A program made the translations under genes and the position numbers. Positions 25,033 to 37,403 of a stretch of DNA of 56,145 bases are shown in pieces. The stretch is from Chiloscyllium plagiosum. Taxonomy: Eukaryota. The notes under the pieces were generated by a model. That model searched no databases, had not been told where the DNA came from, and saw only the letters and a list, made by a program, of their open reading frames with translations. The stretch lies in contig NC_057719.1 in assembly GCF_004010195.1 (NCBI RefSeq), positions 74,364,520 to 74,420,664 of the forward strand, written 5' to 3'. Every line of letters starts with the position of its first letter. Position 1 is the stretch's first letter.

Positions 25033-25194
25033 NNNNNNNNNNNNNNNNNNNNNNNNNNNNNNNNNNNNNNNNNNNNNNNNNNNNNNNNNNNNNNNNNNNN
25101 NNNNNNNNNNNNNNNNNNNNNNNNNNNNNNNNNNNNNNNNNNNNNNNNNNNNNNNNNNNNNNNNNNNNNNNNNNNNNNNNNNNNNNNNNNNNNN
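25033..25194. other. Assembly gap (162 N)
   Basis: Run of N. Confidence 1.
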
Positions 25195-25822
25195 ACCCTC
25201 ACCTTGACCTCCTTCCACCTATCACATTTCCAACGTCCCTCCCCCAAGTCCCTCCTCCCTGCCTTTTATCTTAGCCTGCTGGACACACTTTCCTCATTCC
25301 TGAAGAAGGGCTCATGCCCGAAACATCAATTCTCCTGCTCCTTGGATGCTGCCTGACCTGCTGTGCTTTTCCAGCTACACATTTTCAGCTCTGATCTCCA
25401 GCATCTGCAGTCCTCACTTTCTCCCCATATTAGAATTGCGGAAAGGTAACTACAAAAACATGAAGGCGGAGCTGAGCAGAGTTGATCGGAAGAAAGGCCT
25501 AGCAGGGAAGACTGTGGAATAGCAATGACAGGAATTTCTGGGGATAATTTGGAGGCTTAGCAGAAAGAAATCCCTCCCAAGGAAGAAGAAGCATACCAAG
25601 GGGAGGATCATGGCTGACCAGAGAAGTCAGAGACAGCATAAAAGCTTAAGAAACAGCATATAATTTGGTGAAGATTAGTGGGAAATCAGAGGATTGAGAA
25701 GCCTCTTAAAAATCAGCAAAGGACAGCTAAAAAAGCAATATGTGGGGAGGTGAAATGTTAGGGTAAACCAGCCTTCAGTGAAAAATGCCTTATGTAAACA
25801 TGCTTCAAGTGTGTAATTATTT

Positions 25823-26016
25823 GGAGAAAGTAGGACTGCAGATGCTGGAGAATCAAAAAGTGGAGCTGGAAAAGCACAGCGGGTCAGGCAGCATCTGAGG
25901 AGCAGGAGAATCGACATTTCGGGCGTATGCCTAATGAAAGGCTTATACCTGAGCCGTCGACTGTCCTGCACGAATGCTACATGACCTGTTGTGCTTTTCC
26001 AGTGCCACACTTTTTG
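25823..26016. mobile_element. Degenerate PLE fold-back
   Basis: tcaaaaagtggagctggaaaagcacagc pairs with gttgtgcttttccagtgccacactttttga; decayed hammerhead region at the centre. Confidence 0.7.
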
Positions 26017-28699
26017 ACTACGGCACCATCTAGTAATGTAGACATTAATGTACTCTTAGTAATCCAGTGATAATCACATGTGCTCTCCTTTCTGATTTTA
26101 ACTAGCATGTGCACAAGATTAAAAATGCACATTCTAACTTCATGTGCAAGTGTATGGAGATCATATATCCAACGTCTGTCTGTTACTCGCTTGTTTTGCT
26201 CATCAGGATGCAATGAACAATGTCTCGGTTTCTGATTAGCCAGTTATAGATAGTGGTTGACGTACTAGATGATGATGGTTTATGTCTTAGATTGTAACTG
26301 CTCTTTTTTGGTTCTTTAAAAAGGTTGTTTTTCAACACTAATTCAAAAGTTCCCTCTGAGATGATTGCTAGTTAGCATTGATAAATAGCCCATCTGTATT
26401 TAGGTGCATAAATGGTAATTATGGCTGAAAGATTACATTTGGAAATGCAGCCGGCTGGGATTGTTGGATAGTTGTGTTAACCCAGGGAAATAATGGAAAG
26501 AAATTTCAAAAGGTTGAGTCCTGTTAGTAGTAGCTCATGCTTTGTTGCAGCACAAAGTGTTTAAAATTGAGAACAAATGCAGGTTTTGCAAATTTAATAA
26601 AAATAAATGCTGGGACTACACTGTGGGCATGGCAACGTTAGTGAAGAGAAAAGCATAAACTTTCAGGTCATTGTGACTTTTCGTAAGCACTAACTTTAAA
26701 CTGTCACTCTTTCTCTTCACAGATGCTGTTTGGTATTTTGAGAATTCCAAACAATTTCTGTTTTAATTTCAAATCGAGAAGATTCATTAACTGGGAGTAA
26801 TTGTCGAATGGTAGTTCAGCCAAGTAGTTCAGGTTGTATTCATATGGCTGGACTAAAGTTCAAGCAGATATTAGACAGCTGATCTGGAACGATATGTTGA
26901 AAACCTGGCTGCTTTTATTTTGGTTTGTGAATTTGTTACAATATCCCCTTAGTTTTTAAAATGCTAACTCTGAATGACACTTGACTACATATTCTCAAAT
27001 ACCTCGTGCTTTGAAGATGTCAGAAGAGTAATAACACTTTTGGTACTGAAGTTTATTACAATAACTTGTAGTTTTTTACTAATGTATTTTTTTTTATTGA
27101 GTAACCAGTATAAGCTTTGAATGAAAAAGACAGGAAACAGGAGCATGATTTGGTCATGCTCAAGAAAGATGATATTTGACCTTTAAATATCTGGGGAAAA
27201 TTGAGTATTATATGTTTATGGGATGTATTGTTAGACTGTAAAGAATGAACAATATGTGGTCTGTATAAGTAGTTATTCATGACAATGATTTAACTAATCT
27301 GCTAATCTACAAGGCCAGGTGCATTTTTATGATATTTATTTAAAGGCCTAAGCAGTGACTTTCCCAAAGTGCAACTTATCTCACCTAAGCATTTCCATCG
27401 AGGATATATCTAAGATGTTGTATAAATATTTTGTTCATTATTTAGGAAGCTCATGTGGTTGGGTGACTACCATAATATCACCTTGTGATGCTTAGGATTG
27501 ATCTGCGTGCAGATTACATGTCCACACTATCCATCATATTCAGCTGTTCACGTAACTGTAGGTTTCTGGTATATTATTTGTAGCCTTAATATAACTCTCT
27601 TTGTAGTATTAAAGGTGTGATTACTCTTTTTGCCTGAAGGTGTAGCTATTATATCATTTTGTCAAATTATTACATGACCGTGTTGTGGCAGTGGGATCGA
27701 CAGCATTAGACTCCTGAGTCCAGGTTTCGGCAGCTCATGGTTCATCCACACAGCTTCATTATTGTCTTTGCTGCTCAGTGAAGTTTGTTTTTTTGGTTTT
27801 GGTTGCCCTGGGGCTGCCTCCTGATGGTATCCTGTGGGGGGGCCAGTGCCTCATGTATCTCCATCCCCACTCCATCTTGGGTGATGGCATCGGAGGTTGA
27901 GCTAGGAGCCCATCCATCGACATGAGTGATTTGATTCTTTGTACCACCATCGCAATCTGATGTGGTGACCAGTAGTGGACATTGTTGACTACATCAAAGC
28001 TTTAAACAACTGGGTGAAGAGTGCATTAAAAATGTGAGAAGGACTGTCAAAAGTAATGTTGCAGAACAGCAATATAGAGCGCTGAGTATAACTTCCATGA
28101 GATATGTCTTTAAGGAAGAAGCAGGCTGACAGTCCCAAAAGGTAAACCCTGAAAGTGAACGTTGGAAGCAGAACCAAATTGGACCTTCAAGAAACCTGTT
28201 TTGGAAGCGAAAGCAAGCCATTCAGATCGGGGAAACTATTTTCAGATCTGAGAAAACTCTTATCACTTAAAGTCAGGATTTTTTTTTCAAAGTTGTGTCA
28301 CCATTTTGAAAATGTGGGAAAGATACCTGTCTATTCTGCCACTTTGTTTCAAGCTAAAGAGAAATTATGGAGGATATTCCTCTTATTTTAAAAGGACTGA
28401 TTAGATTTAAAAGCTTGGGCAAGAGATTTACAAACTGTTCAAGAGCCTTTCTGAAACTAAATTGGCATTTTGAATGCTTTATTGCAACAATATTGCTGCA
28501 TTTATGGTATTAAGACATTTAAAGCATCTCTAACTTTATTCCCACAACAATGTTCTGTTGGAGAAGTCTAAGTGTTTAGATGATTTAAAAACATGTCTTT
28601 TTGAGAGAAATAAATTGAAAGGCAACAATAGGTCGCATTTGTGCAATTTCAGTAGCCAGTAAGAGAAGGTTGTGAGGGCATTTTGTCAGTATATTCACA

Positions 28700-29200
28700 A
28701 TATTCCCTATATTAAACTGGGATGCCACGGACTTGCTAGCAGAATGTAAAACTTTTTAACAGCATGTAGAGCTATGGTTTCTAGACTTATATGTTTCTGC
28801 AGGAAAGCAGGAAATTATGATTTTCTTAACAATTGGAATGATGATGCAGACTTAATATGTCACGGTTAACAGCTGAAGAGCTAAAAAAAAATCCACTGAA
28901 GGTAGGTCCACAGCAAAACCATTTCCAAGCTGGTTGAAGTGTGTGTATTCCTTGACTATAATTTCACAGTGTTTAGATAGAAGCTGATAGAATCTGTAGA
29001 CTACTTCCAGTGAGCTGATGCATAATTTTTTTTGTTTGTTTGTGATTTTATCCAACCCTGTGAAAACTTCTAGAATGGTTTGTCTAGCAAATCTAAGACC
29101 GTTAGCGTCAAAAAGCATGTGTGAAAATACAAAGCAATTCTTGCAGGTTGATGAAGCTTACAGGTTTTAAGTATAAAAGAAAAGAGCTAGAAAAAAAGGG
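28700..29200 (+). mobile_element. Possible Gypsy gag remnant
   Basis: Manual translation LNWDATDLLAECKTF*QHVELWF resembles Gypsy gag N-termini; heavily decayed. Confidence 0.35.
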
Positions 29201-29531
29201 TGTCCTACTTGAAACAGCTCCAGTGGGGAGCTGGGGCCCCAAGTGAGGTCACAAACTTAAATAGTAGGGGTTGCAAGCTCTGAGGCTCCAGTGATCAACA
29301 TGCCACCTCCAACTGTCATCAGTCTTCTCCTACCCTCGCTCCCTCTACCTTCATTTCTCACCATGGGGTCATGACAATTTTTGAGTCTCAAAATGGGGTC
29401 ACAGCAGGAAAAAAAATTGAGAAGGGCTAAACTAGAACGCTCAATTTTGCAAGATATCCCTGCTACATGCACTATTAAAGTGTTCAACATCCAAGAGTGT
29501 GCAGGAAATCAAGTGCTACTATTCTACAAGG

Positions 29532-30456
29532 TGTTACGAATGTTCAATTTAATCACTAAGTTTGTGCATTTTCTGAGTTTGACCACTTCGTAAAATAAAA
29601 TAAGCTCGCATCAGGTTTCATCAATAAATAAAACAAAATTGTACTTATTTTTAACAAGCTTATCATCAAACAAGTGGCAAAATAGATTAATTACTAACAT
29701 GGAAACTTAAACTATGCCCCCTTTAAATCCAAACAAACACATATTCATTCACAAAGGACAGTTTTGCAGAAACATTGTGGGTAGAAAATATAGGCAGAAA
29801 GGAATAAATTCTGTGGATCGAGTCCAGACCACAAGAATGGAATGAAGTGACTTTCATTTGATGAAAGTCGCTTTTGATGATGATATTATGTTGCTGTAGC
29901 TTGTGGCAAATTGTAATTTGGTGGCCAGTCAGTTGGCCCTAGGTTCTTTGCTTAAGTGAAATGATTCTTTTCAGAGACTTTTAGTGCTGGTTTTCTTCCA
30001 TTCACAGAAGGTACTAGAGTTGTAGTGGCTTAGCAGCTCTTGAGAGTTTCAGTACAACCACACTCCTGATTTCTGTTACAAAACTGGAAGTTCAAATAGG
30101 TACAAAAGCTTGTTGCTGGGCAGTTCTTTATTTCAATTCAAAGCCATTTGGTGTCAGCAGGCTGTCAAAGGTATGAAATCTAACTTCTCCAAAGGTTACT
30201 TGCCTTTATGTAACTGTTAGGTAAAAGCATTATGCTCCATTTTTCCTTTGAGTTATTATGAAAAAAAAGTTTGGTTCATTCTCTGCAACATAACAGCCCT
30301 CACTTACATTTTCCCAGCTGATTTTTTTTATCCATCCTTGATAAGATGAATCACTATTTTTAAATGCATTTCATCTCAAGGTAAACATGACAGGTTATGA
30401 GGGGAAAAAAAAACAAAAAAAGTCCTTCAATCATCCTTTGTGCTAGGTTTGGTACA
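29532..30456 (-). mobile_element. Probable Gypsy 3' LTR
   Basis: TG...CA ends; minus-strand purine tract (30457-30480) directly upstream, preceded by the pol remnant. Confidence 0.4.
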
Positions 30457-30499
30457 ATTTATCCTTATCTTTCCTTTCAAATTTCAACCTGTTCTGCTT

Positions 30500-31350
30500 C
30501 ATTTAATTCTTGATATATCTACAATTACATTATCTTTTCCAGCAATATGAGCAATTCTTATAAGATTGAATTAACAACCAGTAACAATGCCAGAGGTTCC
30601 TGTAGGTATACTTACTAATATTGGTTAGAAATTTCTTAGAAAAGTATCCCACTGACTTCCCTATTCCTGATTTGTCATCTTGCAATAAAACTGCACTGAC
30701 CTCCAAGTCAGTTGCATCAATTGCCATTTTAAAAGGCTCAGTGAAGACAGGGGGAGCCAACACAATTTCATCCATTAGGATTTCCTTTAGATTGTAAAAA
30801 CTGTTTGACATACGTTTTGACAATATTGCCTTTACCTATTTTTTGTAATAAATCTGTTAGAGGTGTTCGACATTGAGGTGTTAAAGTTGGTATATATTTC
30901 TGATAAAAGCCATGCATCCCCAGAAATCTGATGATTTCTCATTTAGGTTTAGGAATAGGAATTCTATCTGATCTTCATTTACACTGTTCTTGACAACTTG
31001 CCCTTATGCATTGTGGCCTGGGTCAATTATCCTCACTTTTGCAAACTCATTCTTAGCAAGATATATTACTTAACCAGCTACATATAATTCACTTTAAATA
31101 CGCCTTCAAATTGTTTTTTTTCCAGGTGTTGCAGTACATCTAGATATTGCCTAAATGAAATACACAATTAGGCATACTAACTACTACTTGATTCATAAGT
31201 CTTTAGAATATAACTGGGATATTTTTCAAAGCAAATGGCATGACTCAACATTGATGCAACCTATTTCATATAACAAAAGCTGTTATTTATTCAACTGTTA
31301 ATGTTGATGGTACTTGCTCAATAATTAATTGTCACAATCAGAGATCAATC
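30500..31350 (-). mobile_element. Gypsy pol remnant (RT / RNase H)
   Basis: VLAPPVFTEPFKMAIDATDLEVSAVLLQDDKSGIGKSVGYFSKKF is a Ty3/Gypsy RNase H motif; upstream RFLGMHGFY is an RT thumb motif. Confidence 0.85.
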
Positions 31351-32589
31351 AATTATCAAAGACGCATTAGAAACTGCAGCAGACCATTCAAGAAGCACTT
31401 GTAGAATTGGATGATAAAAGAATGGAATGTCTTACTTTCTGCTGAATTAATGAAACTAAAAACTCAGTTCTGTGCTGTGGAGAGGAAAATGAAACTCCAA
31501 GAGCAAAACGGTGAACAACCAGCTCAGATAAATGTAAACTTGAGAATACCATCTTGGAAATGAACAAGATTTTTTATGGGATGTCTGTGTTTCGACCTCA
31601 AACATGAATGAAGGGCTGAAAGACCAAGCAAGGAAGCACAATGAGCTACAAACTGTGCATCACCAATCCATTGACGCAATTGTCCATCTGCTGGAAGACT
31701 TGCACAACTCCGACAAAACACAGATCAGGCTTAGCATGAGCAACTGCAGAAACAATGGCTTGAACCCAGAGCACATTTGAGGACATTACAGCCTTGTAAA
31801 AACAGGTGGAGATACATAGCATGCATTGCACTCATAACAAGGTATGGAAGACCAATCAGGAGATGATCATTTCAGAAATAAATGTCAGCAATGGTGTTCT
31901 GGTTAGAGAAATGAAGTAGGGTATATAAGAACCCAAGCAACCATTGAAGCAGCAAATATAAGAAGACTAGGCTTCCAAGAAAACAAAATAGAAAAAGCAA
32001 TTTGAGAAGTCAAAATGGCAGACAGTATCGAGGATGGAAGTTATCATCTCCAGACAAAACCATCACCATGAGTTCTACAGGTTTCAGAAAATTACTTTTA
32101 TGTTATAGCCACTTCTAGGTTGACTTGTAATGGTAAATAGTCTAACTTCCTTTCGTAAAGAAAGGATATTGTATCTTTTCCTTTAAGGCACTTTACATGT
32201 AGTGCCTAAAATTGTTAAAGGTATAAATGGCTGCAGCTCTGCCTGCCAATCAATCTGACTGGACATGTGCAGGCAGGCCACAAAGAAGTCCGATTAAATA
32301 AAAGTGCTCAAATCTTAGCAGGTCTGACAGCATCCATGGTGGGAGATGCGGTGTTAATATTTGGAGTCCAATATGACTCTTCTGTGGAACTCTCTATATC
32401 TCTCCACAGATGCTTTTTTCCAACAATTTTTATTTTGGATCTTCAGCTTCCATAGCATTTTCAATCGCATGGAGCTCTGCTGGAATGTTTCCGTGTCTTT
32501 TATTATTTTTAAATAAAGTCAGTCATGCAGTTCATCAGTCCCTGCACTGTAGATAGTGTAAAGGGCATTCACCAGGATTTAGCCTAATC

Positions 32590-32845
32590 TAAGTTAAAGA
32601 CTAGGTTCAAAGGGAATTTGAGGAAAAATAAATTTCATCCAGAAGGTGGTGGGAATTTGGAATGCACTGCCTCAGAGGGCAGTAGAGGCAGGAGACCTCA
32701 CAACCTTTAAGAAGTGCATGGATGAGCATTTGAAATGTCATAATGTTCAAGGCTGTGGGCCAAGTGCTGGGAAATGGGATTAGTGTAGCTACGTTGATAT
32801 GGACTTGATGAGCCAAAGAATATCTTCAGTGCTGTATGATTCTAG
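32590..32845 (+). mobile_element. CR1 3' end
   Basis: FIQKVVGIWNALP motif followed by a 3' UTR. Confidence 0.75.
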
Positions 32846-33115
32846 AACATAGAAAAATATAGCGCAGTACAGGCCCTTTGGCCCTCGATGTTGCGCTGAT
32901 CCAAGCCCACCTAACCAACACTAGCCCACTATCCTCCATATGCCTATCCAATGCCCGTTTAACTGCCCATAAAGAGGGAGAGTCCACCACTGCTACTGGC
33001 AGGGCATTCCATGAACTCACGACTCGCTGAATAAAGAATCTACCCCTAACATCTGTCGTTTACCTACCACCCTTAATTTAAAGCTACGCCCCCTCGTAAT
33101 AGCTGACTCCATAGC
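32846..33115 (-). mobile_element. CR1 3' end (young, antisense, tail-to-tail with the previous copy)
   Basis: ORF 32826-33020 WNALPVAVVDSPSL...KRALDRHM. Confidence 0.85.
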
Positions 33116-33703
33116 TGATTCTATGTGAGTATCTTACAGCTTATCACTGTTCAATCTCTAGCAGTTTCTCTGAACCGATATCGAATGTTCTAAAGTTTTG
33201 AAGTGTGTTAACTCGCAGCCTAGTTTTTGGGAGGCTTGAGCAATCCATCTCGAGGAACGCATTTATGTCAAAGAGAAAAATTAAAAACTGGCTTGGAGAG
33301 AGAGGCATTATTAAACTTTACTATGTGACACCCAGCTGGTCAAAACCAGAAATGAAATTTGGCATCAAGTGACCCAGTGCAGTAGGTAGCAAAACTGAAC
33401 AGATGATAGTTAAAACCACAGACCAGAGGTGTATTGTGGACAAAAAGCTGCATGATGATTATGTATTCAATTATTTAAGATTTTGGAATAATGTACGGCA
33501 CTGTGGTTGGTGTTTGCGACAGCGACCATATTTTAAATACAAAAGAAATCATGACTTCACCATTGGTCTTGTGGTCATTATAACCTTGTAGTTGGTGTAT
33601 GCATAAAGAGACACCTCTTATGTAAAACGGTATTTCTAACAGCATCTTTAGAACAAACTTATTGTGTTGAAGGTTAATGTCCTTTCTCTTTTCCTTTTTG
33701 TAG

Positions 33704-33740
33704 GAAATGATGAGCAAGTGATTGTTCATGATGTTGAAAG
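33704..33740 (+). CDS. DCAF5: DCAF5 small coding exon (probably exon 3), 37 bp
   Basis: Polypyrimidine tract plus tag acceptor, donor AG|gtaaga. Encodes (G)NDEQVIVHDVE(S), in frame with both flanking exons. Not in the ORF track. Confidence 0.94.
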
Positions 33741-35171
33741 GTAAGAAAGGAAAAAATAAGCTCCATGTAAAGCAGCATCACAACATTTATAAAAGGGCAA
33801 TAAAGTCCAAAGAAGCAAGCAAAGAGAAAAGCAAAAACCTTTCACAGGAATTGTTAAGCTAACAACTAATAGGGTGATGGGAGCAATTAGATTGCACTAT
33901 AATTCTAGTTTCCTGATTGAGTTGTGCTGTTTAGGAAGATCTGTTTATTTAGTTTCAGCAGTTTGAAACTCATGCCTGAATGTGCAAATCACATTTTTGT
34001 GTTCTAAGTTGTGTTGATTTAATAAAGATGGTTGGAGCTAGTCTGTGCCAGTCTGAATTTTGATGAATGCCAGCCTAACTTGGATGTGATCTTGATGTCC
34101 CTTTCTTGACAATTAAGTGATGGACTATTTGGACTCAGTGCAGGGTAAGATGCAAACAATAGAGTTCTTGATGGGTTATAAAATGGAATCTTGGAGATTG
34201 ACAGTACTTCAAGATGGCAACATTGTGGGCTGAAGTGGGAGCATGCGTGCAGTGGATGATATTCAGGAGATTAAACTTGACACTGCTGATGACTAACTGG
34301 ATGTGAGATTTGCTCGTCAGCTCAAGGTATGACACAAACTAGTGTACCATTTAGCTGTATTCGAGGAAGCAGATCCAGTGATTGACAGAATAAAGATTAG
34401 AATCCTTAGTTTCAAGTATAGTTGTGCCAATATTTAGTAAGAATAGGCCAGTGTTCAAATAGTGTTTGCCCTGTTGACAGTCAGCTGTGCATACTCAGTC
34501 AGCCACATGAGTTTAAATACTGAACTTGGATTACTCGGCAACAATGTTTTGAGTGCACTGATCTGTGAAGCAGACAGTTTTGAATAAGTATGTTATCTGT
34601 TTGGTGTTACCCAAAAGCTTTGAATGTTATTTTCAATATTCAAATCGTGCTCAGTGGTTAATAGTTCAGCAGTTGCATGTAATTTTTCTGATAGATATTG
34701 GGCTGCTGTTTTCAGTCTGTCTTGAATGGTTTTGGGTTTACTGCATAGTCAGTTTTGATGTTTGATAAGAGGTCCCTACCTCTGAGCCTGGCAGCTCGCG
34801 TTCAAGTCCTGTCTGTTGCAGCGGTGTATAATAACATCTCTGGATAAGTTAATTCAAAAATATCTAAAAGAATGACTCAGTAATATTTACTTAACAGTAC
34901 AAATGGGAAAGTTACATAAGATGTTCTGAAAAAGGGCTGTGTATTTTGAGAGATGAGAAGATTATTGTTGTTTTGCATATGTGGCAAATAGATTATACGG
35001 GGTTTTTGTATGTTTATACGCATTGTTACTTGTTGCCAATGTTGTGCTGTCTCTCGTTCTATCTGTTGTGATGTGAGCTTAATTATTCTTTTTTGTTGTT
35101 TCCTCCACAGTTAACAGCTTAGCTGGAATTATTAACAGTGCAAATTTTCATTACCTGTAATTTTCTTTCAG

Positions 35172-35308
35172 CACAGAAATAGTGAATGTTTTTCCCCATG
35201 ATGATGCTGTATATGGCCTGTCTGTGAGCCCTGTGAATGACAAGGTGTTTGCTAGTTCTTCAGATGATGGCAGAGTCCTTATCTGGGATATACGAGATTC
35301 ACATGGAG
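35172..35308 (+). CDS. DCAF5: DCAF5 coding exon (probably exon 4), 137 bp, WD40 with WDxR motif, GC donor
   Basis: Acceptor ttttctttcag. Encodes (S)TEIVNVFPHDDAVYGLSVSPVNDKVFASSSDDGRVLIWDIRDSHG(E). Ends GAG|gcaagt; phase 1 is required to join the next exon. Confidence 0.93.
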
Positions 35309-35974
35309 GCAAGTATTAAGAATTGACTTGTGCATAATATAATCCAATTTAAGAAATGTACTAAGCTTCTGTTAACTAGATTATAACCATGCTTTGTTTG
35401 CCTACATAGCAGTCACTGTACGTGTGTGTGTTTTTACATTTTAAAGATGCAATGGGAGTGCTTGGGTATTTATCTGTTTTTCTGTCTTTCAAGAGAACAT
35501 GTATATGGTTTGGAGTCGAATGGTTCTTTATCTTGAGCTGATGATTGCTGTCATTGATTATGGTATTTGTGACCTCAATGCCCTTGAGTGCATGTGTAAG
35601 AGAATCAGAGATAGGGTGATTTTATTTTTTGTTTTTTTTTTAATCAACATGATTATTTCTGGGCTATCTCACAGGACTTTAATGGTCTCTGTTCAGTAGC
35701 TCAGCTGGATTCCACAAACTCTGCTCTTTGCAAGCTATTTCTGGTCTAGTTGAAAGGACTGAAGATTATACAAGATAAGTGAAAAAAGAAGACAAGAAGA
35801 AGCCCTAGAACTCTCTCCCTTTGCATCTTTTTAACCATTCCACTCTCCTTGAAGTCTACTTTCAGCTCTGAACAAATGTTCAGTCACCCCATTTTAAATC
35901 AGTTTATTTTCTGCTGTGCTTCCATGAAGTGTCTTGAGGCTTTTCCACATTTATATTGATCCAAAAAAACTGCC

Positions 35975-36100
35975 TCCTGAAGGGTCCTAACCCAAAACAT
36001 TGACTTTCCTGCTCTTCCAATGCTGTCTGATTTGCTGTGTTCTTCCAGCTCCACATTTTATCGATTCTGACTTCCAGCATCTGCAGTCCTTACTATCTCC
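35975..36100 (+). mobile_element. PLE pLTR end fragment
   Basis: ttccagcatctgcagtccttactatctcc end, shared with 25400-25426. Confidence 0.65.
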
Positions 36101-37273
36101 AAACTGCAATTCATTGCAGTTAATATACCACCTATCAGTTTTCCACCCGATAACTGAAGTATATCAGCTAGCAATCATCATTTGTTCTTTATTTGTTTAT
36201 TTTTGTTAATGAAAATGTTACTAAAAATTGGTCTCTGGATTAAATGCTTGAGAATATTATCTTCTAATATCAGAGCTAAATTCAAGACTGTTTGACTTTG
36301 TGTTTTGTCAATATTATTTAAATTACAGATCAAATCTAGTGCAATACCTTTCACCTTTTGTAATTGAGCTTTCCACATTATCCAATATGGCAACAAAAAT
36401 GGAAATGCAATGGAAATGTTTATGCTGATATGTTTGCTGAAGAGCTGTAGGTTTCCGTTGAAATCTAACTCTTTCTTTCTGATTCAGGTACAAATATGAT
36501 TGAATTGCAAATCCAAAATCTTGGAATTGTGTAAAAGCTGCAAGTGCTAGACATGCACTTGTCTGCTTTTCAAGAACTCTCCATCTTCTTCCCCATGTGT
36601 GACAAGAAATTTCTATATTTGTGCTGCAAATTCTATTGGGGCTGTTATTTACTGTTACTGGAAACAATCATCCTCTAAAGACAAGTTTGATTTAAATTTC
36701 CATTATTCGATATGTGCCAAATAAATCATCCAAAAAGTATGCAAGTTAAATTGACTTGCAAAATGATATGCAATGAATTATGTTTGCAAACAGTTGCTTC
36801 ATCGAACTTGGCAGAAACCATCTGCCTCATTCAGCCTGTGCCCCTCTCTCCACCCCAAACTATTAGGATGTATAATTTGTAAATAGCCAACCGTTAATAT
36901 ACTGCTTCCTCAAGTCAACATGCTGTGAATTGCTAGAAAATATCCAATTTCTGTGTCTAGCAGAATCACTGAGATTGTTTCTTTTACATTAACTTCAAGG
37001 AAAAACATTACTCAGTGAGCCATTCAAATCCTTAAATTTATTTGCTTATGGTGATTTATCAATTAGTTTAGTTTGCAGCACAAACTCTAGTGTGAGTGAA
37101 GAAGTGCAACCAGAACTGAAATCTAATGAGATGGTCTTTTGCAGCAAATCTGGGGCCACTCTGATTACCCATTCTCTACCAAAAATTTAAAGTAATATCC
37201 TGAGTGAAACTTCTTATGGAACATTAATCCTCATCTCCAAACATTAATCTGCAGTTGTGTCTCACTTTTCCAG

Positions 37274-37403
37274 AACCATTTTGTTTGGCAAATTACCCCT
37301 CAGCCTTTCACAGTGTGATGTTTAACCCTGTTGAGCCCAGACTTCTGGCTACTGCAAATTCTAAAGAAGGAGTGGGCCTGTGGGACATCCGCAAGCCTCG
37401 AAG
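37274..37403 (+). CDS. DCAF5: DCAF5 coding exon (probably exon 5), 130 bp, WD40 with WDxR motif
   Basis: Acceptor cacttttccag, donor AAG|gtgagc. Encodes (E)PFCLANYPSAFHSVMFNPVEPRLLATANSKEGVGLWDIRKPR(S). Confidence 0.96.

Larger units (their letters stand above)
20755..25426. mobile_element. Composite Penelope-like insertion with inverted pLTR arms, RT and GIY-YIG fragments, and internal non-PLE DNA
   Basis: 12 bp TSD ATATTAGAATTG (20743-20754, 25427-25438); arms 20755-20950 and 25195-25390 differ at one base that I could find; the host CR1 continues across the block. Confidence 0.78.

Noticed and set aside
24433..25356. 307 aa and 238 aa ORFs as an intact PLE gene
   Set aside because: Lengths are inflated by the N gap; there is a frameshift and no RT catalytic core.
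28000..28620. Coding-looking stretch in the second intron
   Set aside because: Stops in the frames I translated and no recognisable motif.
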